NCBI GenBank assembly: GCA_036847185.1 | Contig: DAIUAM010000001.1 | Span: 2,331 to 66,330 of the forward strand | Length of the DNA: 64,000 nucleotides | Direction: 5' to 3' | Source: Actinomycetota bacterium | GTDB lineage: Bacteria > Actinomycetota > UBA4738 | Shown here: piece by piece, positions 47,734 through 58,021 of the stretch | Numbering within the stretch: position 1 is the first letter of the stretch | Layout: each line of letters starts with the position of its first letter | The notes under the pieces: generated by a model | What the model saw: the letters and a program-made list of their open reading frames with translations, nothing else | Told to the model about the DNA's origin: nothing | Database searches by the model: none | Made by a program: the position numbers and the translations under genes

Positions 47734-48888
47734 ATGCGGGCGATCGTGGTGGGCGGGGCCGGGGCGATGGGCCGGGTGGCAGCATGGGACCTCGCCCGTT
47801 CGCCCGGGGTCGAACAGGTCACGATCGCGGACCTGGACGGCGACCGGGCTGCGGCCGTGGCCGAGCGGATGGGCCGGGGCTCGGCGGCTAGCGTCCGGGG
47901 GGTCGCGGCCGACGTGGGCTCGGACGGACTCGCCGGCGTGCTCGGTGGCCACGACGTCTGCATAGCGTCCGTGGCCTACCGCCTGAACCCGCTGATCGCG
48001 TCGGCCTGCCTCGACGCAGGCTGCCACTACGTCGACCTCGGCGGGCTGTTCCACGTGGCGCTGCGGACGCTGGAGCTCGGGCCCCGGTTCGACCGCGCCG
48101 GGCTGACCGGCGTGACCTGCATGGGCGGCAGCCCGGGGATCACCAACCTCCTCGCGGTCGTGGGCGCCCGCGCGCTGGACCGGGTCCACGCGGTGCACGT
48201 CCGGCTGGGGAGTTCCGACCCCTCGATCGAAGGCGTCCCGCTCCCCATCCCGTACTCGCTCGAAACTCTGCTCGACGAGTTCAGCCTGCCGGCGCAGGCG
48301 TACCGGAACGGTGGATTCGCGGAGGTTCCCGCCCTCGGCGAACCGGAAGTGGTGCGGTTCCCGCCTCCGATCGGCAGGCGAACGGCCTACACGACCTTGC
48401 ACTCGGAGGTCGCCACGCTGCCCCATGCATTCCCCGACGCCCGCGAGGTCACCTTCAAGATCGCGTTCGAGCCCGGGTTCGTGGAGAAGTTCACGCTGCT
48501 CGCGGCGATCGGGCTGGCGTCCGGGGAGCCCATCGTGGCGGGTCGCCAGGTGGTGCGTCCCCGCGATGTCCTGATCGCCCTGGGGCGCGGGCTGCCACAG
48601 CCCGAGGGGGTCGAGGACATCGAATGCCTTCGTGTGGTGCTTGAGGGCGAACGGGCCGGGAAGTCCGCGACGGTCACCGCCGAGGCATTGGTCCGGCCGA
48701 ACCACGAGGCCGGGATCGGGGCGGGCGGATTGGACACCGGCGTGCCGCCGTCGATCGTCGCCCAGATGATCGTGGCGGGGGAGGTCCGGGGACCGGGGAT
48801 GTTCGCGCCCGAGGAAGCGGTCGATCCTGACCGGTTCTTCGCACGCCTGGCCGAACGAGGGATGACGTACCGGGTGCGAACCGCCTAA
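47734..48888 (+). CDS. Saccharopine dehydrogenase-like oxidoreductase
   Basis: VVGGAGAMG Rossmann motif, HYVDLGG, GGSPGITNLL, HSEVATLP, GMFAPEE. Confidence 0.85.
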   Translation: MRAIVVGGAGAMGRVAAWDLARSPGVEQVTIADLDGDRAAAVAERMGRGSAASVRGVAADVGSDGLAGVLGGHDVCIASVAYRLNPLIASACLDAGCHYVDLGGLFHVALRTLELGPRFDRAGLTGVTCMGGSPGITNLLAVVGARALDRVHAVHVRLGSSDPSIEGVPLPIPYSLETLLDEFSLPAQAYRNGGFAEVPALGEPEVVRFPPPIGRRTAYTTLHSEVATLPHAFPDAREVTFKIAFEPGFVEKFTLLAAIGLASGEPIVAGRQVVRPRDVLIALGRGLPQPEGVEDIECLRVVLEGERAGKSATVTAEALVRPNHEAGIGAGGLDTGVPPSIVAQMIVAGEVRGPGMFAPEEAVDPDRFFARLAERGMTYRVRTA

Positions 48889-48895
48889 GGGGCTC

Positions 48896-50320
48896 CTACA
48901 GCGGGACGTGGGAGAGGACCATGATCCGCGGTTCGGTCATCTCCTCCATCGCCCACCGCAGGCCCTCCCGCCCGTATCCCGACTCCTTCGCGCCTCCGTA
49001 CGGCATCTGGTCCGCCCGGAACGCGCTCACGTCGTTCACGATCAAGCCGCCCACCTGGATCTCCCGGTGGGCGAGCATGGCCCGCTCGATCGAGGATGTG
49101 AACAGGCCCGCCTGCAGTCCGTACGGCGAATCGTTCACCAGAGCCAGAGCCTGTTCGAACGTCTCGTATCGCTCCAGGGTGATGACGGGGCCGAAGATCT
49201 CCTGGCATCGCACGTTCATCTCGGGTTTGGTGTTCGTGAGGATCGTCGGCCAGTACAAGGGGTCCCGGCGCGTGCCGCCGGTGAGGATCTCGGCGCCCTG
49301 CGAGACGGCTTCTTTCACCCACGCGTCGATCCGTTCCAGCGAGCCGTGATCGATGACCGGCCCCACGTCCACCGTCGGGTCCATGGGGTCGCCGACCTTC
49401 AGGCCTTCGACCTGCTTGACGAGGCGCGGGACGAACTCGTCGTACACCTCCGACTGGACGAACACCCGCTGGACGCTGATGCACGACTGCCCGGCCTGGT
49501 AGTACCCGCCGACGGCGATCCGCTGCGCGGCGAAGTCGAGGTCCGCGTCGCCGTGGACGATCACCCCGGCGTTCCCCCCCAGCTCGAGCGTGGCATGCTT
49601 GTGCGGGTCGAGGCCCTTCAGCGTCCAGCCGATCCCGCTGCCGGTGAAACTCAGCTTCTTGAACCGGCTGTCCTCGACCAGCTTCTGGGCGCGCTCGCCG
49701 GACACGGGGAGGACCGAGAGCATCCCCTTCGGCAGGTCCGTCTCGTCGAACAGCTCGGCCAGGGCCAGCGCGCCGAGCGGGGTGACCCCCGCCGGCTTCA
49801 GCACGATCGGCGCTCCGACGGCCAGCGCGGGGGCGATCTTGTGCGCCACCAGGTTGACCGGGAAGTTGAACGGGCTGATCCCGAACACGGGCCCGTAGGG
49901 GAACCGGCGGATGATCCCGGCCCGCGACCCGAGTGATTCCTCGGTGTCCAGGGCCATGAACTCCCCGCCGAACCGCCGCGTCTCCTCCGACGCCCACCGG
50001 AACGTGGAGACCGCCCGGGTGACTTCGACCTTCGACCACTTGAGCGGCTTGCCGCCCTCGCGGGCGACGATCTCGGCCATCTCGTCCAGGCGCTCGGAGA
50101 TGCGCCGGGAGATGTGGAGCAGCGCTTCGGCGCGGACCCATGTCGGGAGCCTGCGGGACTCGTCGAAGGTCTCCACGGCCTTCACGACCGCTTCCTCGAC
50201 GTCGGCATCCGTGGGAACTCCGATCTCCGCGACCACCGTGTCGTCGAAGGGGCTCCGGACCTCGAGGGTCCCGGTGCCGGTTCGCCATCCGCCCGCCACG
50301 TAGAAGGGCTTCGTCGTCAT
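48896..50320 (-). CDS. Aldehyde dehydrogenase (GapN/lactaldehyde-DH-like)
   Basis: ISPFNFPVNLVAHK, FTGS, LELGGNA, GQSCISVQR, EIFGPV, MPYGGAKESG. Confidence 0.93.
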   Translation of the reverse strand: MTTKPFYVAGGWRTGTGTLEVRSPFDDTVVAEIGVPTDADVEEAVVKAVETFDESRRLPTWVRAEALLHISRRISERLDEMAEIVAREGGKPLKWSKVEVTRAVSTFRWASEETRRFGGEFMALDTEESLGSRAGIIRRFPYGPVFGISPFNFPVNLVAHKIAPALAVGAPIVLKPAGVTPLGALALAELFDETDLPKGMLSVLPVSGERAQKLVEDSRFKKLSFTGSGIGWTLKGLDPHKHATLELGGNAGVIVHGDADLDFAAQRIAVGGYYQAGQSCISVQRVFVQSEVYDEFVPRLVKQVEGLKVGDPMDPTVDVGPVIDHGSLERIDAWVKEAVSQGAEILTGGTRRDPLYWPTILTNTKPEMNVRCQEIFGPVITLERYETFEQALALVNDSPYGLQAGLFTSSIERAMLAHREIQVGGLIVNDVSAFRADQMPYGGAKESGYGREGLRWAMEEMTEPRIMVLSHVPL

Positions 50321-50354
50321 CTCTTCGTCACCTCATCGCATGGGATCGGTCGGA

Positions 50355-51800
50355 TCAGTCGAGCGACGCCATCACGTGCTTGATGTTCGTGTACTCCTCG
50401 ATGGAGTAGATGCTCATGTCCTTCCCGTGGCCGCTCTGCTTGTACCCGCCGTGTGGCATCTCCGGGGTGAGCGGGATGTGGGTGTTGATCCACACGGTGC
50501 CGAACTGGAGGCGGCGGGCCATCCGGAGGGCGCGACCGATGTCGCGGGTCCACACGCTCGCCGCCAGGCCGTAGTCGACGCCGTTCGCCCAGCGGACGGC
50601 CTCCTCCTCGTCGGAGAACCGCTGCACCGTGACCACCGGGCCGAACACCTCGCGCTGGATGATCTCGTCGTCTTGGCCGACGCCGGCGACGACCGTGGGC
50701 CGGTAGTAGAAGCCGGGCCGGTCCATCACCTCGCCCCCAGCCAGAATCTTCGCGCCCCCTTGGCGGGCCCGGTCCACGAAGCCGGTCACCCGTTCGAGCT
50801 GCTCCTTCGAGACGACCGACCCCATCTCGGCGTCCTCGTCGAAGGGCTGGCCGACCTTGATCGCTTCCACCTGCGGGACCAGCTCGGCGAGCAGGTCGTC
50901 GTGGATCTTCGGTCCCGCCATCACCCGAGTAGCGGCAGTGCAGTCCTGCCCCGAGTTGAAGTAGCCGGCGGTCTTGATCCACTCCACCGCGGACGCAAGA
51001 TCCGCGTCGTCGAACACCACGACAGGTGCCTTGCCGCCCAGCTCCAGGTGGACCCGCTTCAGCGAGTCGGCGGCGTTGCGCGAGATCAGCTTCCCCGTGT
51101 CCACGTCCCCGGTCAGCGAGACGATACCCACGTCGGGATTGCGGACGATCGCGTCGCCGGCCGGGACGCCGTCGCCGGTAACCACGTTGAACACGCCCGG
51201 CGGGAAGATGTCGGCGGCCAGTTCGGCGACCCGGAGCAGGGTGAGCGGGGTCCACTCGCTGGGCTTCACGACCACGCAGTTCCCGGCCGCCAGAGCCGGC
51301 CCGACCTTCCACACCGCCATGAACAGCGGATAGTTCCACGGGGCGATGAGGCCGGCCACGCCGATCGGCTCGCGCCGGATGAACGACGTGAAGCCCTTCA
51401 TGTACTCCCCGGCCGCCCGGCCCTCCAGGAAGCGCGCTCCGCCCGCGAAGAACCGCAGGTTGTCCGAGATGACGGGGAGCTCCTCGCTCATGGTGAGCGA
51501 GTACACCTTCCCGACGTTCTCGGACTCGATCCGGCCGAGCTCTTCGGCATGCTCGTCGATCCGGTCGGCGAGCTTCAGAAGCGCTTCCATCCGCTCTCTG
51601 GGCGTGGTGTCGAACCACGTCTCCTCGAACGCGGCCCGGGCCGCGGCCACCGCCCGGTCGATGTCCTCCCTGGTCGCCTTGGGGACCTCGGCGATCACCT
51701 CGCCGGTCGCGGGACTCACGATCGGCTGGGTCTCACCGCTCGACGAGGGCGACCATCCGCCCCCGATGAACATCTCTGCCCGCTTGATCGCGGTCGCCAT
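50355..51800 (-). CDS. patD: Gamma-aminobutyraldehyde dehydrogenase
   Basis: [69 protein letters not shown]. Confidence 0.88.
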   Translation of the reverse strand: MATAIKRAEMFIGGGWSPSSSGETQPIVSPATGEVIAEVPKATREDIDRAVAAARAAFEETWFDTTPRERMEALLKLADRIDEHAEELGRIESENVGKVYSLTMSEELPVISDNLRFFAGGARFLEGRAAGEYMKGFTSFIRREPIGVAGLIAPWNYPLFMAVWKVGPALAAGNCVVVKPSEWTPLTLLRVAELAADIFPPGVFNVVTGDGVPAGDAIVRNPDVGIVSLTGDVDTGKLISRNAADSLKRVHLELGGKAPVVVFDDADLASAVEWIKTAGYFNSGQDCTAATRVMAGPKIHDDLLAELVPQVEAIKVGQPFDEDAEMGSVVSKEQLERVTGFVDRARQGGAKILAGGEVMDRPGFYYRPTVVAGVGQDDEIIQREVFGPVVTVQRFSDEEEAVRWANGVDYGLAASVWTRDIGRALRMARRLQFGTVWINTHIPLTPEMPHGGYKQSGHGKDMSIYSIEEYTNIKHVMASLD

Positions 51801-51891
51801 CTCTCCCTCCTCCGGTCCGCGCCTGCCCTCCAGGCTACCCCTCCGGCTCGGGCAGGCAGGACCGCCGAAACGGGAACGAGGTCGCCCGCGG

Positions 51892-51908
51892 TTGTACGGT
51901 CGGTCCAA
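51892..51908. promoter_or_regulatory. Candidate PucR-family operator upstream of patD
   Basis: TTGTAC-GGTCG-GTCCAA; same layout as the site at 53539. Confidence 0.6.
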
Positions 51909-51936
51909 CGCTCGCCCGCCGGTCCGTGCCGTCGGG

Positions 51937-53529
51937 TCAGCGGGCGGCGCGCTCGCTCTCCGAACCGGCCCGGGCCCGGCGGCCGGCATCCGACTCCAGC
52001 AGGTCCCTGGCCCGCAGCGCCAGGAAGAACTCCATCCGGTCGCGGGCGCTCGACAACCTCCGGCCGCTGAGCTCCTCGACCTTGCGCATGCGGTACCGGA
52101 GCGTATGGCGGTGGACCAGGAGGTCGGCAGCTGCCGATTCCCACCTCGCGTTGCGTTCGAGGAAGGCGTGCAGGGAGGGCACCAGCTCGCCGCCGTGGGC
52201 CGAGTCGTATCGGTCCAGGGGAGCCAGCACGCTGTCGGCGAAGGTTCGCAGCGCTTCCGGGTCTTGCAGCGAGAGCAGCAGCTGATAGGTGCCGAGGTCT
52301 TCGAATTCGGCCTGCTGGCGCCCCTCGGTGCGGCACACCTGGAGCGCGTAGCGGGCCTCCCGCACGCTCTGGAGCAGACCCTCCACGGGCACGGTCGCGC
52401 CGCCGCCCGCCAGCACGGCTCCGCGGCTGCGGGTGGCCACCGCGTCCCGGATCCCGCGGAGGTACCCGAGCTCGTCCGGCTGGACCAGGGCGAGCACCAG
52501 GTCGTCGCGGATCGACAGCAGGAACGCCCCGCGCGGCGCATGGTGGCCGAGGCCCTCCTCGCACGCCGTGGCCAGCCGTTCCATCGGCTCGTCCCCGCCG
52601 AAGGCCACCGCGGCCACGGGGCGGTCCGGGTCGAACCCGACCCGCGCCAGGGCCTGCCGGGCCGAAGCCGCGTCGAACTCCCCCGCCACCAGCTTGTCGA
52701 GGACGTCGCCCTTCAGGCGGCGTTCGGTCTCCGAGACGGCGCGCGCCTTCGACAACTCGAGGGCGAGGAGGGCCAGCGCGTGACTCGACACGATCCGGTC
52801 GAACTGCGTCATGGCGTCCTTCTTCCCGACGGCCAGGTACGCCTCGACCCGGCCCTGTGCCACCACCGGCTGGATGGCGATGTGCTGCCCGCGGTCGACC
52901 ACCGACAGGCTGAACCGGACGTCTTCGGACCGCGACGTCTGGAGCTCCGACCAGACCCGGGGCAGGTACAGCTCGGCACTCGGCGGCTCGGCCACGGTGA
53001 GCGAGCCATGCAGGTCGAACACCACGACCCACCCGCTGACGGCCCGGCGGAGCGCCGCGACGATCCCGGGCACGCCGTGGCCGTCCAGGACCGCCCGGGT
53101 GAGGGAGTGTTCGGCGTCCAGCGAGCGCGACAGCAGCTCGTACTGTTCGGCGACCAGCCGGGTGAACACGACCTCGGTGATGGCGATGAACGGAACCGCG
53201 TAGGGGACCTCGAACACCGCGAAGCCCGCCCGGTCGGCCTCGTCGACGATGGCCTTCGGGACCGAACGGTACGAGAACCCTGTGCCGAACCCGAGCCCCG
53301 CCAGGCCCGTGCCGATCAGCCGCCGGACATACGCGCGCTGCCGGGCCGGGGTCTTCCCGACGCCGATGCCGAGGGTGAGCATGAGCTCGCCGCCCTTCAG
53401 CCAAGGTGTGGGGTCCTCCAGCTCGCTCTGATGCACCCAGCGGATCGGAGCCGTCGCGCCCCGGGAGCCGGCCACGACCCGGATGTCGAGACCCGGCGTT
53501 CGAAAGAGGTCACCCACGGTGAGGGGCAT
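51937..53529 (-). CDS. PucR-family transcriptional regulator
   Basis: N-terminal [24 protein letters not shown] PucR sensor; C-terminal [15 protein letters not shown]. Confidence 0.93.
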   Translation of the reverse strand: MPLTVGDLFRTPGLDIRVVAGSRGATAPIRWVHQSELEDPTPWLKGGELMLTLGIGVGKTPARQRAYVRRLIGTGLAGLGFGTGFSYRSVPKAIVDEADRAGFAVFEVPYAVPFIAITEVVFTRLVAEQYELLSRSLDAEHSLTRAVLDGHGVPGIVAALRRAVSGWVVVFDLHGSLTVAEPPSAELYLPRVWSELQTSRSEDVRFSLSVVDRGQHIAIQPVVAQGRVEAYLAVGKKDAMTQFDRIVSSHALALLALELSKARAVSETERRLKGDVLDKLVAGEFDAASARQALARVGFDPDRPVAAVAFGGDEPMERLATACEEGLGHHAPRGAFLLSIRDDLVLALVQPDELGYLRGIRDAVATRSRGAVLAGGGATVPVEGLLQSVREARYALQVCRTEGRQQAEFEDLGTYQLLLSLQDPEALRTFADSVLAPLDRYDSAHGGELVPSLHAFLERNARWESAAADLLVHRHTLRYRMRKVEELSGRRLSSARDRMEFFLALRARDLLESDAGRRARAGSESERAAR

Positions 53530-53538
53530 GGCTTCGGA

Positions 53539-53555
53539 TTGTACGGTTCGTACAA
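53539..53555. promoter_or_regulatory. Candidate PucR-family operator in the pucR/gabT divergent region
   Basis: Perfect TTGTAC-GGTTC-GTACAA inverted repeat; overlaps the TACAAT -10 box (minus strand) 8 nt before the regulator ATG. Confidence 0.65.
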
Positions 53556-53711
53556 ACGGAGAGCGAGCGGAGTGGGCCGACCGGCCCCGACCCGGGGACC
53601 GTCGCTGTCGCCCAAGCGTACAAACGACCGTCAGCCCTTTTCCCGGCCCGGACCCTGACGGCCCTCCCGCGGGCGGGCAGACTCGAAACCAACCCACGGA
53701 CCGGAGGCGAG

Positions 53712-55049
53712 ATGGAGATCCCCCAGGAGCGGCGGCTCATCACCGAGATCCCCGGACCGAGGTCGCGTGCCCTGCTCGAACGCCGGAAGGCCGCCGTCCC
53801 ACAGGGCATCTTCTTCACCACCCCGGTGTTCGTGGGGGCCGCGTCCGGGGCCATCCTGCGCGACGTGGACGGCAACAGCCTGATCGACCTCGGTGCCGGC
53901 CTCGCCGTCCTGAACACCGGGAACTCCTCGCCCGCCGTCCAGGACGCGGTACGCGAACAGCTCGAACGCTTCACGCACACCTGCATGCACGTGACGATGA
54001 ACGAGGCGTACGTGGCGCTCGCGGAGAAGCTCAACGCGCTGGTCCCAGGAGGCGGGGAACACCGAACGATGTTCACCAACTCCGGCGCCGAAGCGGTCGA
54101 GAACGCGGTCAAGATCTCCCGCTCCTTCACCAAGCGCCAGGGCGTGGTGGTCTTCGAGCACGCCTTCCACGGGAGAACGCTGCTGGCCATGACCATGACG
54201 GCGAAGGCCATGCCGTACAAGCGCGGCCTCGGCCCCTTCGCGCCGGAGGTCTACCGGCTGCCCTTCGCCTACCCGTACCGTTGCCCGTCCGGGGGCGAGA
54301 CGCCCGACGAGTGCGCCGCCCGCTGCACCGAGCGGGCCATCGAGATCATGGACAAGGAGATCGGGCCGGAGAGCATCGCGTGCCTGGTGGTCGAACCCGT
54401 CCAGGGCGAGGGCGGCTTCATCGTCCCGGCCCCCGGGTTCCTGCCCGCGCTCGCCGAGTACTGCCGCGAGCACGGCATCCTGTTCGTCGCGGACGAGGTC
54501 CAGACCGGGTTCGGCCGGACCGGCAAGTGGTTCGGCATCGAGCACGAGGGCGTCGTCCCCGACCTGGTCACCATGGCGAAGTCGCTGGCCGGCGGGCTGC
54601 CGCTGGGCGCGGTCACCGGACGGGCCGACGTGATGGAGAGCATCCACGTCGGTGGGATCGGCGGGACGTTCGGGGGGAACCCGCTGTCGTGCGCGGCCGG
54701 CCTTGCCGTGATCGACCAGATCGAACGGGAGGGCTTGCTGGAGCGGGCGATGAGGATCGGCCAGATCATGACGACTCGGCTGTCCGAGATGGCCGAACGG
54801 TTCGACGTCATCGGTGACGTGCGCGGACGGGGGGCCATGGTGGCCATGGAGCTCGTGGAGGACCGGACCTCGAAGCACCCCGCGAAGGCCACCGCCGGCC
54901 GGCTCGTCGAGGCGTGCTACCGGCAGGGCGTGGTGGTCCTGAAGGCCGGCACGTTCGACAACGTGATCCGGCTGCTCCCGCCCCTGACCATCGACGAGGA
55001 CCTGCTGCGCGAAGGCCTCGACGTGCTCGAGAAGTCGCTGGTCGGCTGA
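53712..55049 (+). CDS. gabT: 4-aminobutyrate aminotransferase
   Basis: DVDGNSLID, NSGAEAVENAVK, FHGRT, EPVQGEGGF, DEVQTGFGRTG, AKSLAGG, GGTFGGNP. Confidence 0.92.
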   Translation: MEIPQERRLITEIPGPRSRALLERRKAAVPQGIFFTTPVFVGAASGAILRDVDGNSLIDLGAGLAVLNTGNSSPAVQDAVREQLERFTHTCMHVTMNEAYVALAEKLNALVPGGGEHRTMFTNSGAEAVENAVKISRSFTKRQGVVVFEHAFHGRTLLAMTMTAKAMPYKRGLGPFAPEVYRLPFAYPYRCPSGGETPDECAARCTERAIEIMDKEIGPESIACLVVEPVQGEGGFIVPAPGFLPALAEYCREHGILFVADEVQTGFGRTGKWFGIEHEGVVPDLVTMAKSLAGGLPLGAVTGRADVMESIHVGGIGGTFGGNPLSCAAGLAVIDQIEREGLLERAMRIGQIMTTRLSEMAERFDVIGDVRGRGAMVAMELVEDRTSKHPAKATAGRLVEACYRQGVVVLKAGTFDNVIRLLPPLTIDEDLLREGLDVLEKSLVG

Positions 55050-55067
55050 GCCTTCGGGCACCGAGCC

Positions 55068-55895
55068 TCAGGTCCGGTTCCGCGCTCCTCCGGTCAGCGC
55101 TCCGCCCGTCTCCCGCGTCAGGCGCTGCGCGAGGTAGACGGGGATCAGCGACAGCAGGGTGACCACCATCGCCACCACGTTCACGATCGGTGCCGAATGG
55201 GGCAGCCGGAGGTTCCGGAAGATCCACTTCGGTAGCGTCTCGACTGTTCCCGACGTGAAGTTGGTGACGATGATCTCGTCGAAGGACAGCGCGAAGGCGA
55301 GCAGCCCCCCGGCAACGAGCGCAGTCGAGATCCCCGGCAGCGTCACGTACCGGAACGTCTGCCATCCGTCGGCGCCGAGGTCCATCGAGGCCTCGATCAA
55401 CGAGGTCGGCGTCCGGCGGAGCCGGGCCAGCACGTTGTTGTAGACCAGCACCACGCAGAACGTGGCGTGGCCGACGATGATCGTGAACAGACCGAAGGAC
55501 AATCCGAACAGGTCTCCGCCGAAGTTGATCGCGGAGTTGAGCGCCATGGCGGTCACGATGCCGGGCAACGCGATGGGCAGGACCAGGGCGAAGGAGAGCG
55601 TCTCCCGCCCGAAGAACCGGAACCGGTGCACGGCGAAGGCCCCCATGCTGCCGAGGACCAGGGCGATCGACGTGGCGCCGAGACCCGCCTCGACGGAGGC
55701 GACCAGCGCCGAACGCACCTCGCCGTTCTGCCACGCCACGCCGAACCAGTGCGTGGTGAGACCGGGGGGCGGCCACGTCTGCCCGCGGGCCGGATTGAAC
55801 GCGTACAGGAAGATCAGGGCGAGCGGGACGTAGAGGAACAGCAGCGTCAAGTACGCCCCGAGCCTGGCCACGATGCGGGTCCACTTCGTCTCCAC
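55068..55895 (-). CDS. ABC permease (PotC/YdcV-like)
   Basis: PIALPGIVTA, EASMDLGADG, SFDEIIVT. Confidence 0.88.
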   Translation of the reverse strand: METKWTRIVARLGAYLTLLFLYVPLALIFLYAFNPARGQTWPPPGLTTHWFGVAWQNGEVRSALVASVEAGLGATSIALVLGSMGAFAVHRFRFFGRETLSFALVLPIALPGIVTAMALNSAINFGGDLFGLSFGLFTIIVGHATFCVVLVYNNVLARLRRTPTSLIEASMDLGADGWQTFRYVTLPGISTALVAGGLLAFALSFDEIIVTNFTSGTVETLPKWIFRNLRLPHSAPIVNVVAMVVTLLSLIPVYLAQRLTRETGGALTGGARNRT

Positions 55896-55897
55896 GG

Positions 55898-56800
55898 CTA
55901 GAGCGCCTCCAAGGCACCCAGCCGCCGGGCCAGGTAGAGGTAGGCGGCCATGATCGCCACCGGCACCAGGGCGTACGCCGCCGCGAACGGGACGTTGTTC
56001 GCCACGCCGACGTCGCCGTACACCACGTTGCCGATGAAGATCGTCTTCCCGATCAGGGAGGGCGTGATGTAGTCCCCGAGCGTCAGCGAGAAGGCGAAGA
56101 TCGAACCCGCCACCGCGCCGGGGAACGCCAGCGGCCAGATCACCCGCCGGAAGGTCGTGAACCCACGAGCCCCGAGGTCGCTGGACGCCTCCAGGTACGA
56201 GGTCGGGATCCGTTCGAGTGCCGTGTAGATGGGCAGCGCGACGAACGGCAGCCACAGGTAGGTGAAGACCAGCCAGATCCCCCAGTACGAGGATCCGATG
56301 TTCAGCCCGCCCGTCCCCAGCCTCTGGAAGACCCAGTTCAGGAAACCGTTGCCCTGGAGGATCAGCTTCCACGCGAACACGCGGATCAGATAGCTGGACC
56401 ACAGCGGGAGCACCACCGCCACCAGGAGCACTGCCTTCTCCCGCGACGAGGCGATCCGCGCCGCGTAGTAGGCGAGCGGGAAGGCCAGGGCGATGTCGGC
56501 CAGGGTCACCGCGGCGGCGATGCCCATGGTCCGAAGGGCGATGGTCCGGTACACGGGGTCCCCGAACAGCGTGCGGAAGTTCTGGAGACCCCACTGTCGT
56601 TCGATCGCCGACGTGAACGCGTTCACCCGCCAGAAGGCCGAAAGGAACAGCAGCAGGAGGGCCCCGAGGTACACCACGAGCATCCAGGCGGTTGGCGGCC
56701 CGATGAGGAGTGCGAGCTTGGCGCGGGGCCGCCGGTACAGACCGGCCGACAGGCGGCGGCGAAGACCTTCCTCCGCCGCCGCCCGGTATCCGACCGTCAC
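55898..56800 (-). CDS. ABC permease (PotB/YdcU-like)
   Basis: PLWSSYLIRVFAW, YLWLPF, EASSDLGA, TLGDYITP. Confidence 0.88.
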   Translation of the reverse strand: MTVGYRAAAEEGLRRRLSAGLYRRPRAKLALLIGPPTAWMLVVYLGALLLLFLSAFWRVNAFTSAIERQWGLQNFRTLFGDPVYRTIALRTMGIAAAVTLADIALAFPLAYYAARIASSREKAVLLVAVVLPLWSSYLIRVFAWKLILQGNGFLNWVFQRLGTGGLNIGSSYWGIWLVFTYLWLPFVALPIYTALERIPTSYLEASSDLGARGFTTFRRVIWPLAFPGAVAGSIFAFSLTLGDYITPSLIGKTIFIGNVVYGDVGVANNVPFAAAYALVPVAIMAAYLYLARRLGALEAL

Positions 56801-56803
56801 CGG

Positions 56804-58021
56804 CTAGCCGCCCTTGATCTCATCCCATTTGCTCTGCCACACGGAGTAGTCCATGCAGTCGCTCTTGCCGTTCCCGCAGTTGACCTGGGGGGTCTTCCAC
56901 AGGTAGATGGACTTCAGGAAGTCCACGTTGCCGCACTCGCCGTACCGCACGGAATCGGCGACGCTCGGATCGCTTCCCGCGGACTGCAGGCTCTGCTTGA
57001 GGACGTCGCAGCTCTTCGGGTTGCTCCCCGCCGCGCCGTACCACGAGGCCACCTGGGCCTGGACGTCCGGCCGCAGCGTGTAGGCCATCCACTTGTACAT
57101 GCAGTTCGGATGCTGGGCGTGCGAGGACATCATCCACGTGTCGGCCCAGCCCGTGACGCCTTCCTTCGGCACCGCGAACGCGATCTGGATGTTCGCCTTA
57201 CTGGCCGCGATGTCGGCTTCGATCGTGCTCAGGTTGATCGGCCACGCCGTCCCCGCCACCATCGAGCCGTTCTCGAAGCCCGTGATCTCGTCGAGGTAGT
57301 TCGACCAGTAGTTGGACACCAGCGGGTTCTGGCCCTTGAGCAGGGCGGTCGCCGCGTCGAGCTGCTTCGACGTGAGCTCGTAGGGGTCGGTGATACCCAG
57401 TTCGGGCTGGTGGGACTTCAGGTACATGGCCGCGTCGGCGATGAAGATCGGGACGTCGTACGCGGTGATCTTCCCCTTGTACGGCGAGTTCGGGTCGAAC
57501 GTGATGTCCCAGCTGTCGACCGTCCCGGTCACGACCTGCGGGTTGTACATCAGGAAGTTCACGCCGTACATGTACGGCACCCCGTAGTGCACTCCGTTCA
57601 CGGTGTTGTGGGCCGGCGCTTGGAGCGGGGCGACGACGTCTTTGTAGTCGGGCATCAACGAGATGTTGACCGGCGCGACGTCGCCGTGGGCGATCAACCG
57701 GTTCGAAGCGTCTCCGGATGCGGACACGCCGTCGTAGACCTTGCCCCCGCCCTGCCGCATGAGGGTCACCATCTCGTCCGAGCTGTTCGCGATGGTGGAC
57801 TTCACCGCACAGCCGGTCTCCCTCTCGAACGGATGCACCCAGTCGACGGTCTTGTCGTTCGAGCCGTCTTCGACGTAGCCGCCCCACCCGATCAGGTTGA
57901 GGTGCCCCTCGCCCGTGCCGACGTTCTTCAGCAGGCCGACCGTCTTGGAGCCCGAACCGCACCCGGCCGCGAGCACCAGCACGGCCAGCAACGTCCCACC
58001 CAGCGACATGCGGAATCTCAT
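56804..58021 (-). CDS. ydcS: YdcS-like polyamine ABC binding lipoprotein
   Basis: LAAGC lipobox; DWVHPFERETGC, SDEMV, SGDASNRLI, FIADAAMYL...LGITDPYELT, KEGVTGWADTWM, WKTP, all as recalled for E. coli YdcS. Confidence 0.85.
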   Translation of the reverse strand: MRFRMSLGGTLLAVLVLAAGCGSGSKTVGLLKNVGTGEGHLNLIGWGGYVEDGSNDKTVDWVHPFERETGCAVKSTIANSSDEMVTLMRQGGGKVYDGVSASGDASNRLIAHGDVAPVNISLMPDYKDVVAPLQAPAHNTVNGVHYGVPYMYGVNFLMYNPQVVTGTVDSWDITFDPNSPYKGKITAYDVPIFIADAAMYLKSHQPELGITDPYELTSKQLDAATALLKGQNPLVSNYWSNYLDEITGFENGSMVAGTAWPINLSTIEADIAASKANIQIAFAVPKEGVTGWADTWMMSSHAQHPNCMYKWMAYTLRPDVQAQVASWYGAAGSNPKSCDVLKQSLQSAGSDPSVADSVRYGECGNVDFLKSIYLWKTPQVNCGNGKSDCMDYSVWQSKWDEIKGG

